DNA of 64,000 bases, from assembly GCA_951406725.2 (NCBI GenBank), contig OX597815.1, forward strand, positions 206,522,001-206,586,000, given 5' to 3'. Of this stretch, positions 50,633 to 63,057 are shown one piece after another (within the stretch, counting starts at the first letter, position 1; the number at the start of each line of letters is the position of its first letter). A program made the position numbers and the translations under genes. The DNA is from Octopus vulgaris. Lineage: Eukaryota. The notes beneath the pieces were generated by a model that had not been told where the DNA came from, did not search any database, and saw nothing but the letters and a program-made list of their open reading frames with translations.

Positions 50633-51481
50633 TAGTTTCTTGTTTTATTTCGAGCAAAACATAAAAATTAAGTTCCAAACAATTCTTTGTTGAAACATGC
50701 TCGCAAAAAAATCCCGTCATGCATTTTAAAAATCCGATAGATAGAATAAAATAAAGCAAAACAGCTGTTTCTTGATTAAATCTCCCGAATTAGACCGTAG
50801 AAAATTTTCAGCGTAACTGGACTAATACTTCGAACAGTCCATTATAACCAACGATCTTGACGTTTTCTCTTTGTACTTATTTATATATTGGAATAAACGA
50901 AATTTAAATTTTTGATATTTCATTGTTATGTTTTTGTGAAGCAGTGAGTGTTCGAATTTACCCTATTCTATTGTACTATAATAACTCTTCAAACGTTACT
51001 AAGTTCCAGTTATTATTTTATGAACATTTTTCATTGTATGAAAGACAAAGCCAATCTCAGTGGAGTTTGAACCCTGAACGTAAAGATCCGGATGTGTCAA
51101 TAAAATAATAATAGTTTCAAATTTTGGCGCAAAACCAGTAAAACTTGACTCCGAAAGGATGAAAGGAAGAGGCGAGCTCAGCATAATTCGAACTTTATTT
51201 GTTGATACATACAACGTATATGCTTTTGTACTCTAGGCACAAGGACCAAAATTTTTGGGGAGGGAGGGCCAATCAATTAGATCGACCCTAGTACGCAACT
51301 GGTACCTAATCTATCTACCCCGAAAAGCAAAGTCAACCTCAACGGAATTTGAACTCAGAACGTAAAAACAGACAAAATACCTATTTATTTATTTATTTAT
51401 TTATTTTCTACTACCAAGAGCTATTTTCCCATTTCAGCAATTCAAAAGAAATAGCTGTTATTTATTATACTAGTGTTGTAT

Positions 51482-52005
51482 GGCGGCGAGCTGGCAAAAT
51501 CGTTAGCACACCGAGCAAGATGCTTTGCAGCATTTCGTCCGTCTTTACGTGCTGAGTTCAAATTCCGCTGAGGTCAACTTTGCCTTTCATTCTTGCGGGG
51601 TCGATAAATTAGGTACCAGTGAAACGCTGGCCCCCTCCCTCAAAATTTCTGGCCTTGTGCTTTTAATAGAAAGGATTATTATGTTACTGAAGGCGGTGAG
51701 CTGGCAGAATCGTTAGCACGCCGGGCAAAATACTTAGTAACATTTCGTCCGACTTCACGTTCTGAGTTCAAATTCCGCCGAGGTCAACTTTGCCTTTCAT
51801 CTTTCGAGACCGATAAAATAAGTACCAATTGAGCACCGGGGTCGATGTAATCGATTAATACCCTCCCTCGAACTTGCTGGCCTTGTGCCAAAATTTGAAA
51901 CCATATTTTCCTATTGACTAAGGTGGCGAGCTGGCACAATCGTTACCACACCGGGTAAAATGCTTATCAACATTTCGCTCGTCCTTACGTTCAGAGTTCA
52001 AATTC
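51482..52005 (+). mobile_element. Tandem cluster of SINE family C copies
   Basis: Repeated heads ggcgagctggca.aatcgtta at about 51482, 51692 and 51921; antisense fragments just upstream. Confidence 0.8.
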
Positions 52006-52810
52006 AATACCACAGATTTGCTTGTCAGTTGTTTGACCTTAACCAGTTGAGCATGTCTCTTGGTAGCTGACGATATGTGCATCTCTGATAACGAGCAGAA
52101 GTAGTTGGGTGGGCATCATAGCCATGTGTTTTAGAGGAATTCTTTGGGGTTTGAATAACACACCTCTGGAAACATGGGAGTTTTGTTCAACATCCTTAAT
52201 CCTTATTCAGGGACCTTACGAGAAGAGTGGACTACCCGACCTGTAGAAAATTCTAACTGAGCTCTATCTGCAAGGTCATGGGCTGTTTATCTTGATATAA
52301 GATCACCATATGTGCACATATGGTTGTGATGCATGTGCTCGGTGTACCCTTGGGCTTCGTATATTTCACCCCAGTATCACTTTGATGGCATGCACTGCTC
52401 TCTCACTCAATAATTATAATTATCAAACAAGATAAAGGAATTTAAGCAATATTCTATCTTCTTAGGAAAGTCCAGACATTTGACAACTGAATTGACAACT
52501 GTATATATAAATAGATAAAGGACACCTCCATTACTTCTGACGAATTTCGCTACTTTTATAAATATATACCACCATACACTGTTAACTTTATTCCCCACCA
52601 CAACAAACACACACGCACACAAACATCATGTTTACAAAACCGAACCGACTTGTATACGAAGTATACGAAGTAGATAAAGTGTATTTATTTAATATATATT
52701 GATAAAACGCCTGGTTGATTTAAACCAGATACCCTTTTTGTGTTTATTTCCTTATTTTAAATTCCATTCATTTTCAACTTTCTAAATATGACTTATATCA
52801 CATTTTCTTT

Positions 52811-53014
52811 TTACTCTTTTACTTGTTTCAGTCATTTCACTGCGGCCATGCTGGAGCACCGCCTTTAGTCGAGCAACTCGACCCTGGGACTTATTCTTTG
52901 TAAGCCCAGTACTTATTCTATCGGTCTCTTTTGCCGAACCACTAAGTGATGGGGACGTAAACAAACCAGCATCGGTTGTCAAGCAATGCTAGGGGGACAA
53001 ACACACACACACAA

Positions 53015-53063
<49 letters not shown>

Positions 53064-53218
53064 TACGACAGGCTTCTTTCAGTTTCCGTCTACCAAATCC
53101 ACTCACAAGGTCCGGGGCTATAGCAGAAGACACTTGCCCAAGATGCCACGCAGTGGGACTGAACCCAGAACCATGTGGTTGGTTAGCAAGCTACTTACCA
53201 CACAGCCACTCCTGCGCC
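52811..53218 (-). mobile_element. SINE family B with 17-bp TSD
   Basis: TSD tatatcacattttcttt at 52794-52810 and 53219-53235. Confidence 0.92.
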
Positions 53219-54617
53219 TATATCACATTTTCTTTCCATCTTTGCCTTTCTTTCCTTCACCATGTCTCTCTCTCTTTTTTATGCTCTCTATACATTTCTT
53301 CTATTCGTATCTACTTGCATAACTGCAAATCTACGTAAAGAAATGGTGGTCGCAAAACATTTATATTTAATTAAATGCGCATTAAATAAATAGAACAAAA
53401 CAGGATCGTTTTATTTGACAAGTTGGAGGAACCGATCTAGGCTTGATATTTCAAAGATATACGCTATATAAACATGGTCGAATGTTATGAATTTTAATTT
53501 CTACTAAAGATTAGAAAAAGATGTACAGTCATACTATGGGTGCAACCATATATTTTGCTGAATCCGCCAGTTGAATTTCTGGACTTAATTTCCTCTTCGT
53601 GTTTATCGCGTTGACGCACCCTTGAGTCTCCTGCTGCCAAACAGAGAAATTTGGTTCTGCAGTTTTGTAAGCACGAACGGTCGTGAAGGTGTCAGCCAAA
53701 TTATATTTCAGTTTTGTTGATCTAGTCCAGTACTAGGAAACGGACTTCCTTTCGCGTAAGCAAGGAGCTAATGATTCGGATGCTGCATTCAAATATTTTT
53801 CTGCATTAAAGAACCCACATGACTTGCTGCTGTTGGAATGGGTCTTGTACTTTTCAGTTAACCTAAATCAGAAGTTGGAATACGCAAGTTTTTCTTTCGA
53901 AAGACATACAAACTCGACTAGTTTCATGATCATCGATATCTGTCTGTCTGTTATATTCATACTTTATACATGTATACATACGTACATATATACACACATA
54001 CATATACACAGTAAAATACTTTTAAATGTTACTGAGCGCGTCCAGTTTGTTGAACAAAAGTATTGTTCTCTCTTCTATTCTATTTCTTTGCGAATTACTT
54101 TTTAATAAGCTCAATGGCTATTTGTGTGACACCGGTGCCTGAATAGTCACTATGCATCATTGATAGAGGAATCGGCTGCTATGCATTGAAAAGCCAAACA
54201 AAGGGCGAAATCACGTAATCTCGCAGTTCCGGTGGGCGCAGCGGACTGTTATCGCCCGTCAGTGATATAAACACGAATGCTTTTATGTACCACAAATCCA
54301 TATGAGAGGTTCTCTCGTGGTTAACAACGTAGTATTTCGTGTTCTAACATAATATCCACTTTTAAGTGGTGATGTATATCATCTTTTGGTAATAATACTG
54401 CTGCTGTCGCTATTGGTTATTCTTTCCTAAGTAATACTTAACTTTGAAAACTTAACTTTTGCCTTAAATTGATTAATAATAGTTTGCCAAAGGATATAGC
54501 CATGGAGTATAACGACACCAAAGTTACGGCTAGATGTGATGATAAAGAAAACAACATTGAAGACTTGAATCTGATTGAATCTACAATCTTTGGCTAAATC
54601 GAAGATAAATACATCTT

Positions 54618-54960
54618 ATTACGGAGATGTACTTGCATAGCAAGTGACCTGATCTGAGATCGTGTGCTGGAACGAAAACAATTGCAGCGTGGAAGGTGTT
54701 TATAAGCCATTTTAGAAACACTCAAAAACCGTTAGATTCACTTCAACATTTAAATTTAATTTGTCAAAATATTTTCATCGCATTGAAACCGCGACCTGTT
54801 CACTGACAAAATTCCGTACTGCATCTCGGAATTTTGTCAGTGAACAGGTCGCGGTCTCAAAGCGACGAAAATATTTTGGCAAATTAAATTTAAATGTTTA
54901 AATGAATCTAGCGGTTTTGGTGTGTTTTTTAAATGGCTTATAAACACCTTCCACGCTGCA
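54618..54960. mobile_element. 343-bp insertion: 65-bp unique segment plus a 278-bp hairpin (134-bp arms), 10-bp TSD; Penelope pLTR-like
   Basis: TSD aatacatctt at 54608-54617 and 54961-54970; arms at 54683-54816 and 54827-54960. Confidence 0.88.
54833..54883 (+). ncRNA. Candidate minimal hammerhead ribozyme with G3-C8 core (mirror copy on the minus strand at 54760-54810)
   Basis: uuuguca-GUGAACA-g-GUCGC(ggucucaaa)GCGAC-GAAA-auau-UU-uggcaaa. Confidence 0.55.
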
Positions 54961-55611
54961 AATACATCTTCATTGTACGCATTATACACTATGTTCATCA
55001 TTATAAGGCATCCTCAAGGCAGCAAAGTGGCAGAATCGTAAACGTGCCGGACTAAATGCTTACCAGCATTTGTTCTTTCTAAGTTCAAATTCCGCCGAGG
55101 TCGACTTTACATTTTATCTCTTTCTGGAAAAGAGTATAATAGAGTAAGTACCAGTTGAACACTTGAGTCAATGTAATTGACTGAATCTCCCACTGCACAA
55201 TGTCAAGGCTTTCTCCTATAACAAACACACTTATAAGACACCTGCTATAATACTAAACTTCGAACTTTCAACTCCAGTGAATCTCATTGAAAATGAATGA
55301 TTATTTCAGCCCCACCGTGTATGAAAATTGTACAAGTAAACAATTGTAGAAAGGGTAGGCAGTTGGAGTCACAAAATGACACGGCTTGTGATTGATAATA
55401 ACATACTTCAGACCTTGTTTTGATTCAGAAATTAAATGTACTTGATATTCATAAACATTTCTGATAATAAAATGTTTGGCTGTTGCTCATTGATGGGAAC
55501 TGGCTGCGAATTGGAACACTTCTACTGCACAGAAGGCGTTGGTTTCCGAAGGAAGAACAAGTACACGCGCGCACGCACACACGCACACACGCAAGCACGC
55601 ACACACGCAAG

Positions 55612-55676
<65 letters not shown>

Positions 55677-55679
<3 letters not shown>

Positions 55680-56029
55680 ACCGTGATCACCGTGACCGAC
55701 CAGGCTATCAGATGTTGCTACACATCGCTGGTCACAATGCGTTTCGCATTGTTTTTAGCCTTCAAATGACGCCACCCCGCCGGAGCCTCGTGGAGCTTTA
55801 GGTTTTTTCGCTCAATAAACCTAAAGCTCCACGAGGCTCCGGCAGGGGATGGTTGTGAACCCTGCTGTACTCTTTCGGCACAACTTTCTCTCACTCTTTC
55901 TTCTGTAGGCCTGCTTGCTTAGCCAGCGGGGTGGCGTCATTTGAAGGCTAAAAATAATGCGAAGCGCATTATGACCAGCGATGTGTAGCAACATCTGATA
56001 GCCTGGTCGGTCACGGTGATCACGGTGAC
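55677..56029. mobile_element. SINE family A (tail type 2) rearranged into a fold-back inside (TA)n
   Basis: 55677-55780 is the reverse complement of the SINE 3' end (about 55926-56029); a second small inversion spans 55781-55841. Confidence 0.85.
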
Positions 56030-56079
56030 ATATATATATATGTGTGTGCGTGTGTGTGTAAAAAGTAAATATTGTTTCC

Positions 56080-56750
56080 TCTTTACACCAAGACTAACAG
56101 CATCGATGGTGACTGTATCTCAAAAGTTCCTGAATGGAAAAGTACTAGGAAGAGATTTGATTCTTTTATTCTTTTATTCTTTTAGGATACTGGTACAAGA
56201 AGCTAACCTTTTCCCAAAAGTAGCTTATTAACCTGTACCAGCAAGTTTCTGATGGGAATATAGGCATACCATACTGGTTAGCTATGGCAGAGACAAAACT
56301 GATCCCCAATAACTGAATCATCGACATTGCCTCCCAAACTCTACCCCTCGAAACCAAAAAGACAAAACAAAAACAAAACTACCGGTCAATTGTATGCCAG
56401 AACTTCATGTATAAAATATATATATCATGTTTAAATCTCTTCCTCCATGACCATTGTGAAAGTAACAACATCATTACTGCAGACGCGTAGCTGGGAAGAA
56501 GGGAGTTTGGGGTGTACTGATAAATTTCTGATAAAGAAAACTGTAATATCTGAAATGAAGCAGAATAAGAGGAACCTAGGTTCGAAGTGGCTGTACTATA
56601 AGAAAGCTTGTACTCTTCTCTTGGATGCTAGAAGCCTTTCGTTTTGCTAAAGTTCCAGAGAGCATAATCAAAACATTAGCTGGTCTGACCTCATCCTGGG
56701 CATCCAGCTTCAAGTTAAATACAAGGAGTGATTGTATTATCACTGATAAA
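56080..56750 (+). mobile_element. R4/Dong-like non-LTR retrotransposon RT relic
   Basis: NYRSIVCQNFMYKIYISCLNLFLHDHCESNNII...GCTDKFLIKKTVISEMKQNKRNLGSKWLYYKKA (NYRPI.C...YK / GC.DQL.I / W.DY.KA pattern). Confidence 0.7.
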
Positions 56751-57063
56751 CTACAGTATGCATCTACGTTTGTGTGCATTATTTATGCAAGTGTGCATGG
56801 GTATATATGTGTGTATATGCGTCTACAATAAACATGAATAGGTTGTAAAAATATAGTTTAAAAAAAATTAAAAGCAAAACAAAAGATACATGTAAATTCT
56901 ACTATGCACAATGTCTCATTGGTTCAGATCAAAGAAGGAGTCGCAGATAAGGGTAATGGCATCAAAATTCCATCATTCACTGAATGCTGATGTCAAGACT
57001 GTAAAAGACATTATGAAGGAGCACCAGCATAGTCAGAACCGATAGTGTTATGCGTAAAGTTAT

Positions 57064-57167
<104 letters not shown>

Positions 57168-58476
57168 GAAGCAAATATTCAGGCATTTTTTCCCTCCCTT
57201 CCTCTCTCCTTCCCTCCTCCTCCCTCCCTCTCGCCCTCTCTTCTCTTCAGCTCTCCCTCTCTTCCCTTCCTTCCCCTCTCCCCTTCCTCCCTCTCCACCC
57301 TTACTCCCTCTCTCCCCTTTATCCCTTTCTCCCAGCCCCTCTCTCTATGTAAGTATATAGTCGTTATTTGCGATAGAAGCAGCATTCGTTTAAAATAGTT
57401 GTCTGTTTATCATACACAAAATATGCATCATTGAGAGCCTAATTAACTGTGCTATTCGTCCAGAGATATCATCTCTTGATGAAGTATAATGTAATAAAGT
57501 ACAAAAAGATACCCGTAGCAGACGAAAATCATTCAGCTGCAGTGACGGTATTGCTAACTGTTAATTTCTGCCTCTTCGGACTTCATCAGTAGCTAGTATT
57601 CCGCCGCAGCCGCATGCTAAGACGAAATCTGCGGTTACTAATTTAGTAATAGATTGATTAAGAGATCACCAATATTGCAATTAGCAGTCAAGCTAAATAA
57701 AATTTCGTTTGAGAGTGGCGGAAGAAGTATTAGCTCAAAATAGCAATTTGTGTGTCATACTTAAAGCAGATATATCCTTTAAAGCCTAATTAACTGCAGT
57801 ATTTGTCCTGGGATATTATCTCTTATAGAAGTACAGTGTTAAAAAACAAAAATATCTACTAGTAGCAGACTAATGCTGTTTCTGTTACAGAGCGAATTTT
57901 TATTCGGCTTGCCGTCTAATTGCAAACTCGGAGATAATTCAGTCAGTTTTATTGTATCACTAAAGGCAAATTTTATCTTAGCATGCGGGTACCAGTAGAT
58001 ATTTGCCACTGGCAAAGCGCAAGGAGGCAGAAATGCAAATTTAGCAATACCACAAATGCCACTGGCCGATTTTCCTCTACTTCCGATATATTTTTGTGTA
58101 CGTCTATCTAGTACACGCTGTAAAATGGACAGCAAATGACCGGAGAAAACGTACGACTGTGAGATCCCTTTGTTTCCATTTTCTTCGGATTTTACCAATT
58201 TCTCTAGTGCCGGTGTCAGGAGAAAATGCACCCGGTCAACGCTGTAACGATGCAGGCGATCCGACTATAGAAATCAAGCTAAAATGACATGTACGAGAAT
58301 CAGCATACGAGAGCTGTACCTCCCATTATAAAAATTACACATTCTATGACATCTCTTCCAATCCATATGAGTAGGGAAAGCAGATGTACAAGTATGTAAA
58401 TGCATAGTTGTTAGTAAGCATATGTATACAAGTATATAAATGTATGCAAGTGTATATGTATGCAAGTATATAAACG

Positions 58477-58519
<43 letters not shown>

Positions 58520-58522
58520 ATA

Positions 58523-59449
58523 CAGGGTGTGTAACGTACTTGAGGGCGTATCTTTTTTGTGTCATTGCTGCATTTTTTTGCTAACTCTGTATAATCTTTG
58601 TTTCAGAAAATAATAATGGCAGACCTCCAGCTTACTCAAAAAATGAAGAGGCATGCTGTTATTGTGGTTATAAAGGTTGAGCATAGCGATTTAGAAATAT
58701 CTCGATTTTTTAAAAGTTGCCAGATCTTTCGTCTACAAAGTTTTTAAGGAGCTAGAGACTGAAGATGGACACGTATCACCAGTATCATAGCATAAAAAGC
58801 ATTCTAAACGCTCTTAAATCATTTGAACACCTGAATTTATCCAGCAAGTTCAACAGACCATTGATTACAATCCCAGAAAGTCCATGAGGTCAATTGCAAA
58901 AGATCTCCATGTTACAGAAGGAACAGTCAGAAATGTTGTCCACGAAGACATCAGATATAAGTCTTATATAATGAGGAAAGGTCATTTTGTTAGACAAAGC
59001 AAAAGAAAATCACTACATCAGATCTTAAGGGCTCTTAAACAAACTGAAAAATTCAACAGAAGATTTGATTTGGTTTTTCACAAATGATAAAAACTTCGGT
59101 TAAGATCTAAAAGTTAACAAAAGAAATGCCAGATGCTTATGTGCAAACCCTTCTGACGTTCTACGTGTTATACGTGCAAAATTTCCTGAAACTGTCATGG
59201 TTTTAGGGGTTGTCATCAATGAAGGACATGCAATGCTTCCTTACTTCTTTTCACAAGGCCTTAGAGTTAAATCTGCTGCCTACATTGCTACATTGAGGCC
59301 CTGGAAATAATTGGTAAGCCCTGGATAGACAGTGTATGCCATATGGAAGGTCATATGTTTTTCAGTAAGACTATGCACTATCACGCATGACTAGTAAAAC
59401 AGGAATGGATGGCTGAAAATTTTCATGATCACGTAACCCCTAACATTTT
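58523..59449 (+). mobile_element. maT/DD37D-like transposase relic, 3'-truncated
   Basis: TA-CAGGGTG start; KRHAVIV.., TPEFIQQVQQTIDYNPRKSMRSIAKDL.., FPETVMVLGVVINEGH.., WMAENFHDHVTPNI with stops. Confidence 0.8.
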
Positions 59450-59521
59450 GATGATAAGTGGATGATTGTCTTGCATATTGGATGTCTACTTAGTAGTAGA
59501 CATCATCCTTTATTATTATTG

Positions 59522-59559
<38 letters not shown>

Positions 59560-59772
59560 TTGAAATTTACAAAAAAAAAAAAACCCCAAAAAAACAAAAG
59601 ACGAAGACAGGTGTATAAACAACAAACAGGTGAATTAGTTTAACGCTCGGGAAGGTGAGAAAGTATTTTACGTTTCGAGCCTACGCTTTTCAACAGAAAG
59701 AAAGGCGAGAAAATAAACAGAGAGAGAGAGAATAAAAAGAAGCTTTTGTGACTAGCGGTCGATCATGGCGGC

Positions 59773-59805
<33 letters not shown>

Positions 59806-60027
59806 CACAGCTTTATTTTGAGATTGCTAGTGTTAACAATACTCGCAAAAAAATATAGACTGGAGTTTCACTTCTTAATTTGTACGGAGGCAACGCAAGC
59901 GGAAACTAGAGGAACATAATTAAGATCTACACTCGAAGATCAAATAGATACATATATTCATATTCATGTACGTGTGTGTGTATGTATGTGTATATATATA
60001 CTTATATAAATATATATATAGAGAGAG

Positions 60028-60240
60028 AGAGAGGACCTTTGACAGGACTCCTTTCATGCTAAAAAGGCTAGTTAAATCCAAACCACGAAAAAATAATTCT
60101 TAAGGTATGCTCTTAATGGCACTAGAGTGTTAATGGCACACTGGTGCCATTAACAGCGTACCTTAAGAATTATTTTCCGTGGCTTGGGTTTAACTGCCCT
60201 TTTTTAGCATCTAAGAAGTCCTGTCAAGGGTCTCCTCTCT
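60028..60240. repeat. Fold-back insert next to (TA)n(GA)n
   Basis: gacctttgacaggact...aataattcttaaggta.gct.ttaatggcac is mirrored by gtgccattaacagcgtaccttaagaattatt...agtcctgtcaagggtc. Confidence 0.85.
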
Positions 60241-60937
60241 GTGTATAAATCTTTATACATATGTAAAAATATGTAATGCCTTGTAAGCGAATCACTAATA
60301 AATTATTTTAATTTTTTACCCTCATTTACACAGTACACACACACACACACACACAGACATATAAATAGCATACATACATACATACATTTATACATACATA
60401 CATACATACATGCAAACATATTTATACGTATAAATACATATGTGTATAAATACATGAATATGTGTGTTTCTATTGAGCATCTGTGTGGAAATGTGTCTGT
60501 GTGTATACAGCATGCACGCACACACACACACATACATAGAAACACACACCATCAAGCACGCGTGCACAAACACATGCTCACACACACATACACAAGTACA
60601 CAAGTACACATACAGATTCAGGAATATTATACCACGTACAAAAATGGTAATGCCCTTTGTCATGAAATGTATTTTTCTGCTACGTAAAATTCTACAGACT
60701 ATACTTATTCTGGGAGTGCATATGTAGTCGAGAGGAAATACTTTGAGGTTTTACAATTTCCTATCTTCCTAAAGTGAGCAAAAATACACGAACCTTCCCA
60801 CACAAACATTTGAATAAACAGTTTCGCGTCAATTTCAGTCACAGAAGACATTGAACATGAATATACACGTGCATACACTTATACAGATGCAAACACACGC
60901 ACATAGATAGACATAGGCTCACAAAACTACTCATATG

Positions 60938-61033
<96 letters not shown>

Positions 61034-61036
<3 letters not shown>

Positions 61037-61340
61037 AGGCGTAATGGCCCAGTGGTTAAGGCAGCGGACTCGCGGTCGTAGGATCGCGGTTTCGATTCCC
61101 AGACCGGGCGTTGTAAGTGTTTATTGAGCGAAAACACCTAAAGCTCCACGAAGCTTCGGCAGGGGTTAGTGGCGATCCCTACTGTACTCCTTCGCCACAA
61201 CTTTCTCTCACTCTTTCTTCTGTTGGCCTGCTCGCTTAGCCAGCGGGGTGGCGTCGTTTGAAGGCTAAAACAACGTGAAGCACATTGTGACCAGCGATGT
61301 GTAGCAACATATGAAAGCCTGATCGGTCGCGGTGATCATG

Positions 61341-61345
<5 letters not shown>
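61034..61345 (+). mobile_element. SINE family A (tail type 2), full length, between (TG)n and (TA)n
   Basis: tRNA-like head ggaggcgtaatggcccagtggttaaggcagcggactcgcggtcgtaggatcgcggtttcgattccc. Confidence 0.88.
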
Positions 61346-61384
<39 letters not shown>

Positions 61385-61387
<3 letters not shown>

Positions 61388-61494
61388 AAATATGATAGTT
61401 TGACCCCCCAAAAACGGCTATTGCAAGCAAAAATAAATATTGAAAAAACGCATTTTGCCAAATTTGGACATACGACAGGTTAACATAATAGCAA

Positions 61495-61553
<59 letters not shown>

Positions 61554-62010
61554 AAGTATGGGTGTTTATTTCACAGGTGATCTAAACAATTAGGTACGCT
61601 AGGTAAGTGCTGTAACGGATTAACTAGGGCTCAAAGGTTATAGCCGAGACGATAGTTATGGATAGCCATTGCAGATTTCCGATGCAGCGGATAGATGATT
61701 GTTAAACAGGACAACAAACGTTAAGACAGGCCAAACATCTAAATTCATATACATTATTATTATTGGAAAAAATAAATAATGTATATCTTAACGATCGTTG
61801 TCCTCTTTAACAATGATATATACATATATATATATATAAGTATATATATATACACATACACACACACACATATATATATGCATATATCTATGTGTGTATA
61901 TATATATATATATATACACATATAGCCCTTTGAGCCCTAGTTAATCCGTTACAGCACTTACCTAGCGTACCTAATTGTTTAGATCACCTGTGAAATAAAC
62001 CCCCATACTT

Positions 62011-62054
<44 letters not shown>

Positions 62055-62164
62055 TTGCTATTATGTTAAACTGTCGTATGTCCAAATTTGGCAAAATGCG
62101 CTTTTTCAATATTTATTTTTTCTTGCAACAGCCGTTTATTTTGGGTCAAACTATCATATTTCCA
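61385..62164. repeat. Long inverted repeat (arms of about 250 bp, each with an internal (AT)n tract) enclosing a smaller hairpin (61698-61814)
   Basis: 61385-61643 is the reverse complement of 61921-62164. Confidence 0.9.
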
Positions 62165-62349
62165 GCTGCTTCAGATGTCAAGTGTTAACTGTGAAAGTGT
62201 AGTACAATCGTTTTGCTTTGGAATGGTAAAACTTAATACAAAGTTTTAAACTTACAACACTTTTTCATAATAACAAGGAATATATATACACACACATATG
62301 TATATATAGGTGCACTCATACGTTTATATCAATGTACGTATGAGTACAC

Positions 62350-62389
<40 letters not shown>

Positions 62390-62645
62390 ATAGTAATGCA
62401 ATACGAAAGTATTGCTTTCCAGTAAAAGATAGCCCGTAAGGGTAAAATTATACATATAAAAGTAAATAAATGGTACAACGAAGTACCGATATTTACTGGA
62501 AAATAGCGATCGTAATAAATACGACGCTATTGTATAGCTTCACTGCGTATGTACTAGTAAAGACGTGTGTGTGCAACAAACGTGAAAAAAAATTGTCTTA
62601 CCTCTAGGAAGAACATCTGAAAAATGAAAAACTTAGAAACGGATA

Positions 62646-62716
62646 ATGCAGTACCGGTTTCAGACTCTTCAAATACGTTTGACAACGTAGATTTGATTTG
62701 TCCTCATCAGCTGCAT
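62646..62716 (-). ncRNA. Type I minimal hammerhead ribozyme, canonical core
   Basis: Minus strand augcag-CUGAUGA-GGAC...ucaaau.uacguu(guca)aacguauuuga...GUCU-GAAA-CCGG-UA-cugcau; palindromic ACCGGU stem III; GUA site. Confidence 0.8.
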
Positions 62717-62743
62717 ATACCTCGACAAAATTTCATTTATTTA

Positions 62744-62811
<68 letters not shown>

Positions 62812-62813
62812 TA

Positions 62814-62871
<58 letters not shown>

Positions 62872-63005
62872 TATATATGCATATATATATATACATATAT
62901 ATAAGTATATATGTTATATATATATAAATATATATATATACATATTTACGCATAGTCCCTATAAAGATGTCGTACACACTACATACACACACACACACAC
63001 ACTAC

Positions 63006-63057
<52 letters not shown>

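Noticed and set aside
53400-53930. Possible additional host exon or LINE fragment (LDISK-like motif)
   Set aside because: No sustained reading frame or splice-consistent structure; too decayed to classify.
25053-54960. Idea that arm mismatches in the hairpins are biased to G-U pairs (editing or RNA-level selection)
   Set aside because: Seen in one small hairpin, but the 54.7-kb hairpin shows a mix of G-U, A-C and transversion mismatches; no consistent bias by eye.
61034-61110. tRNA-like sequence
   Set aside because: It is the head of a multi-copy SINE, continuing into SINE body without a proper acceptor stem.
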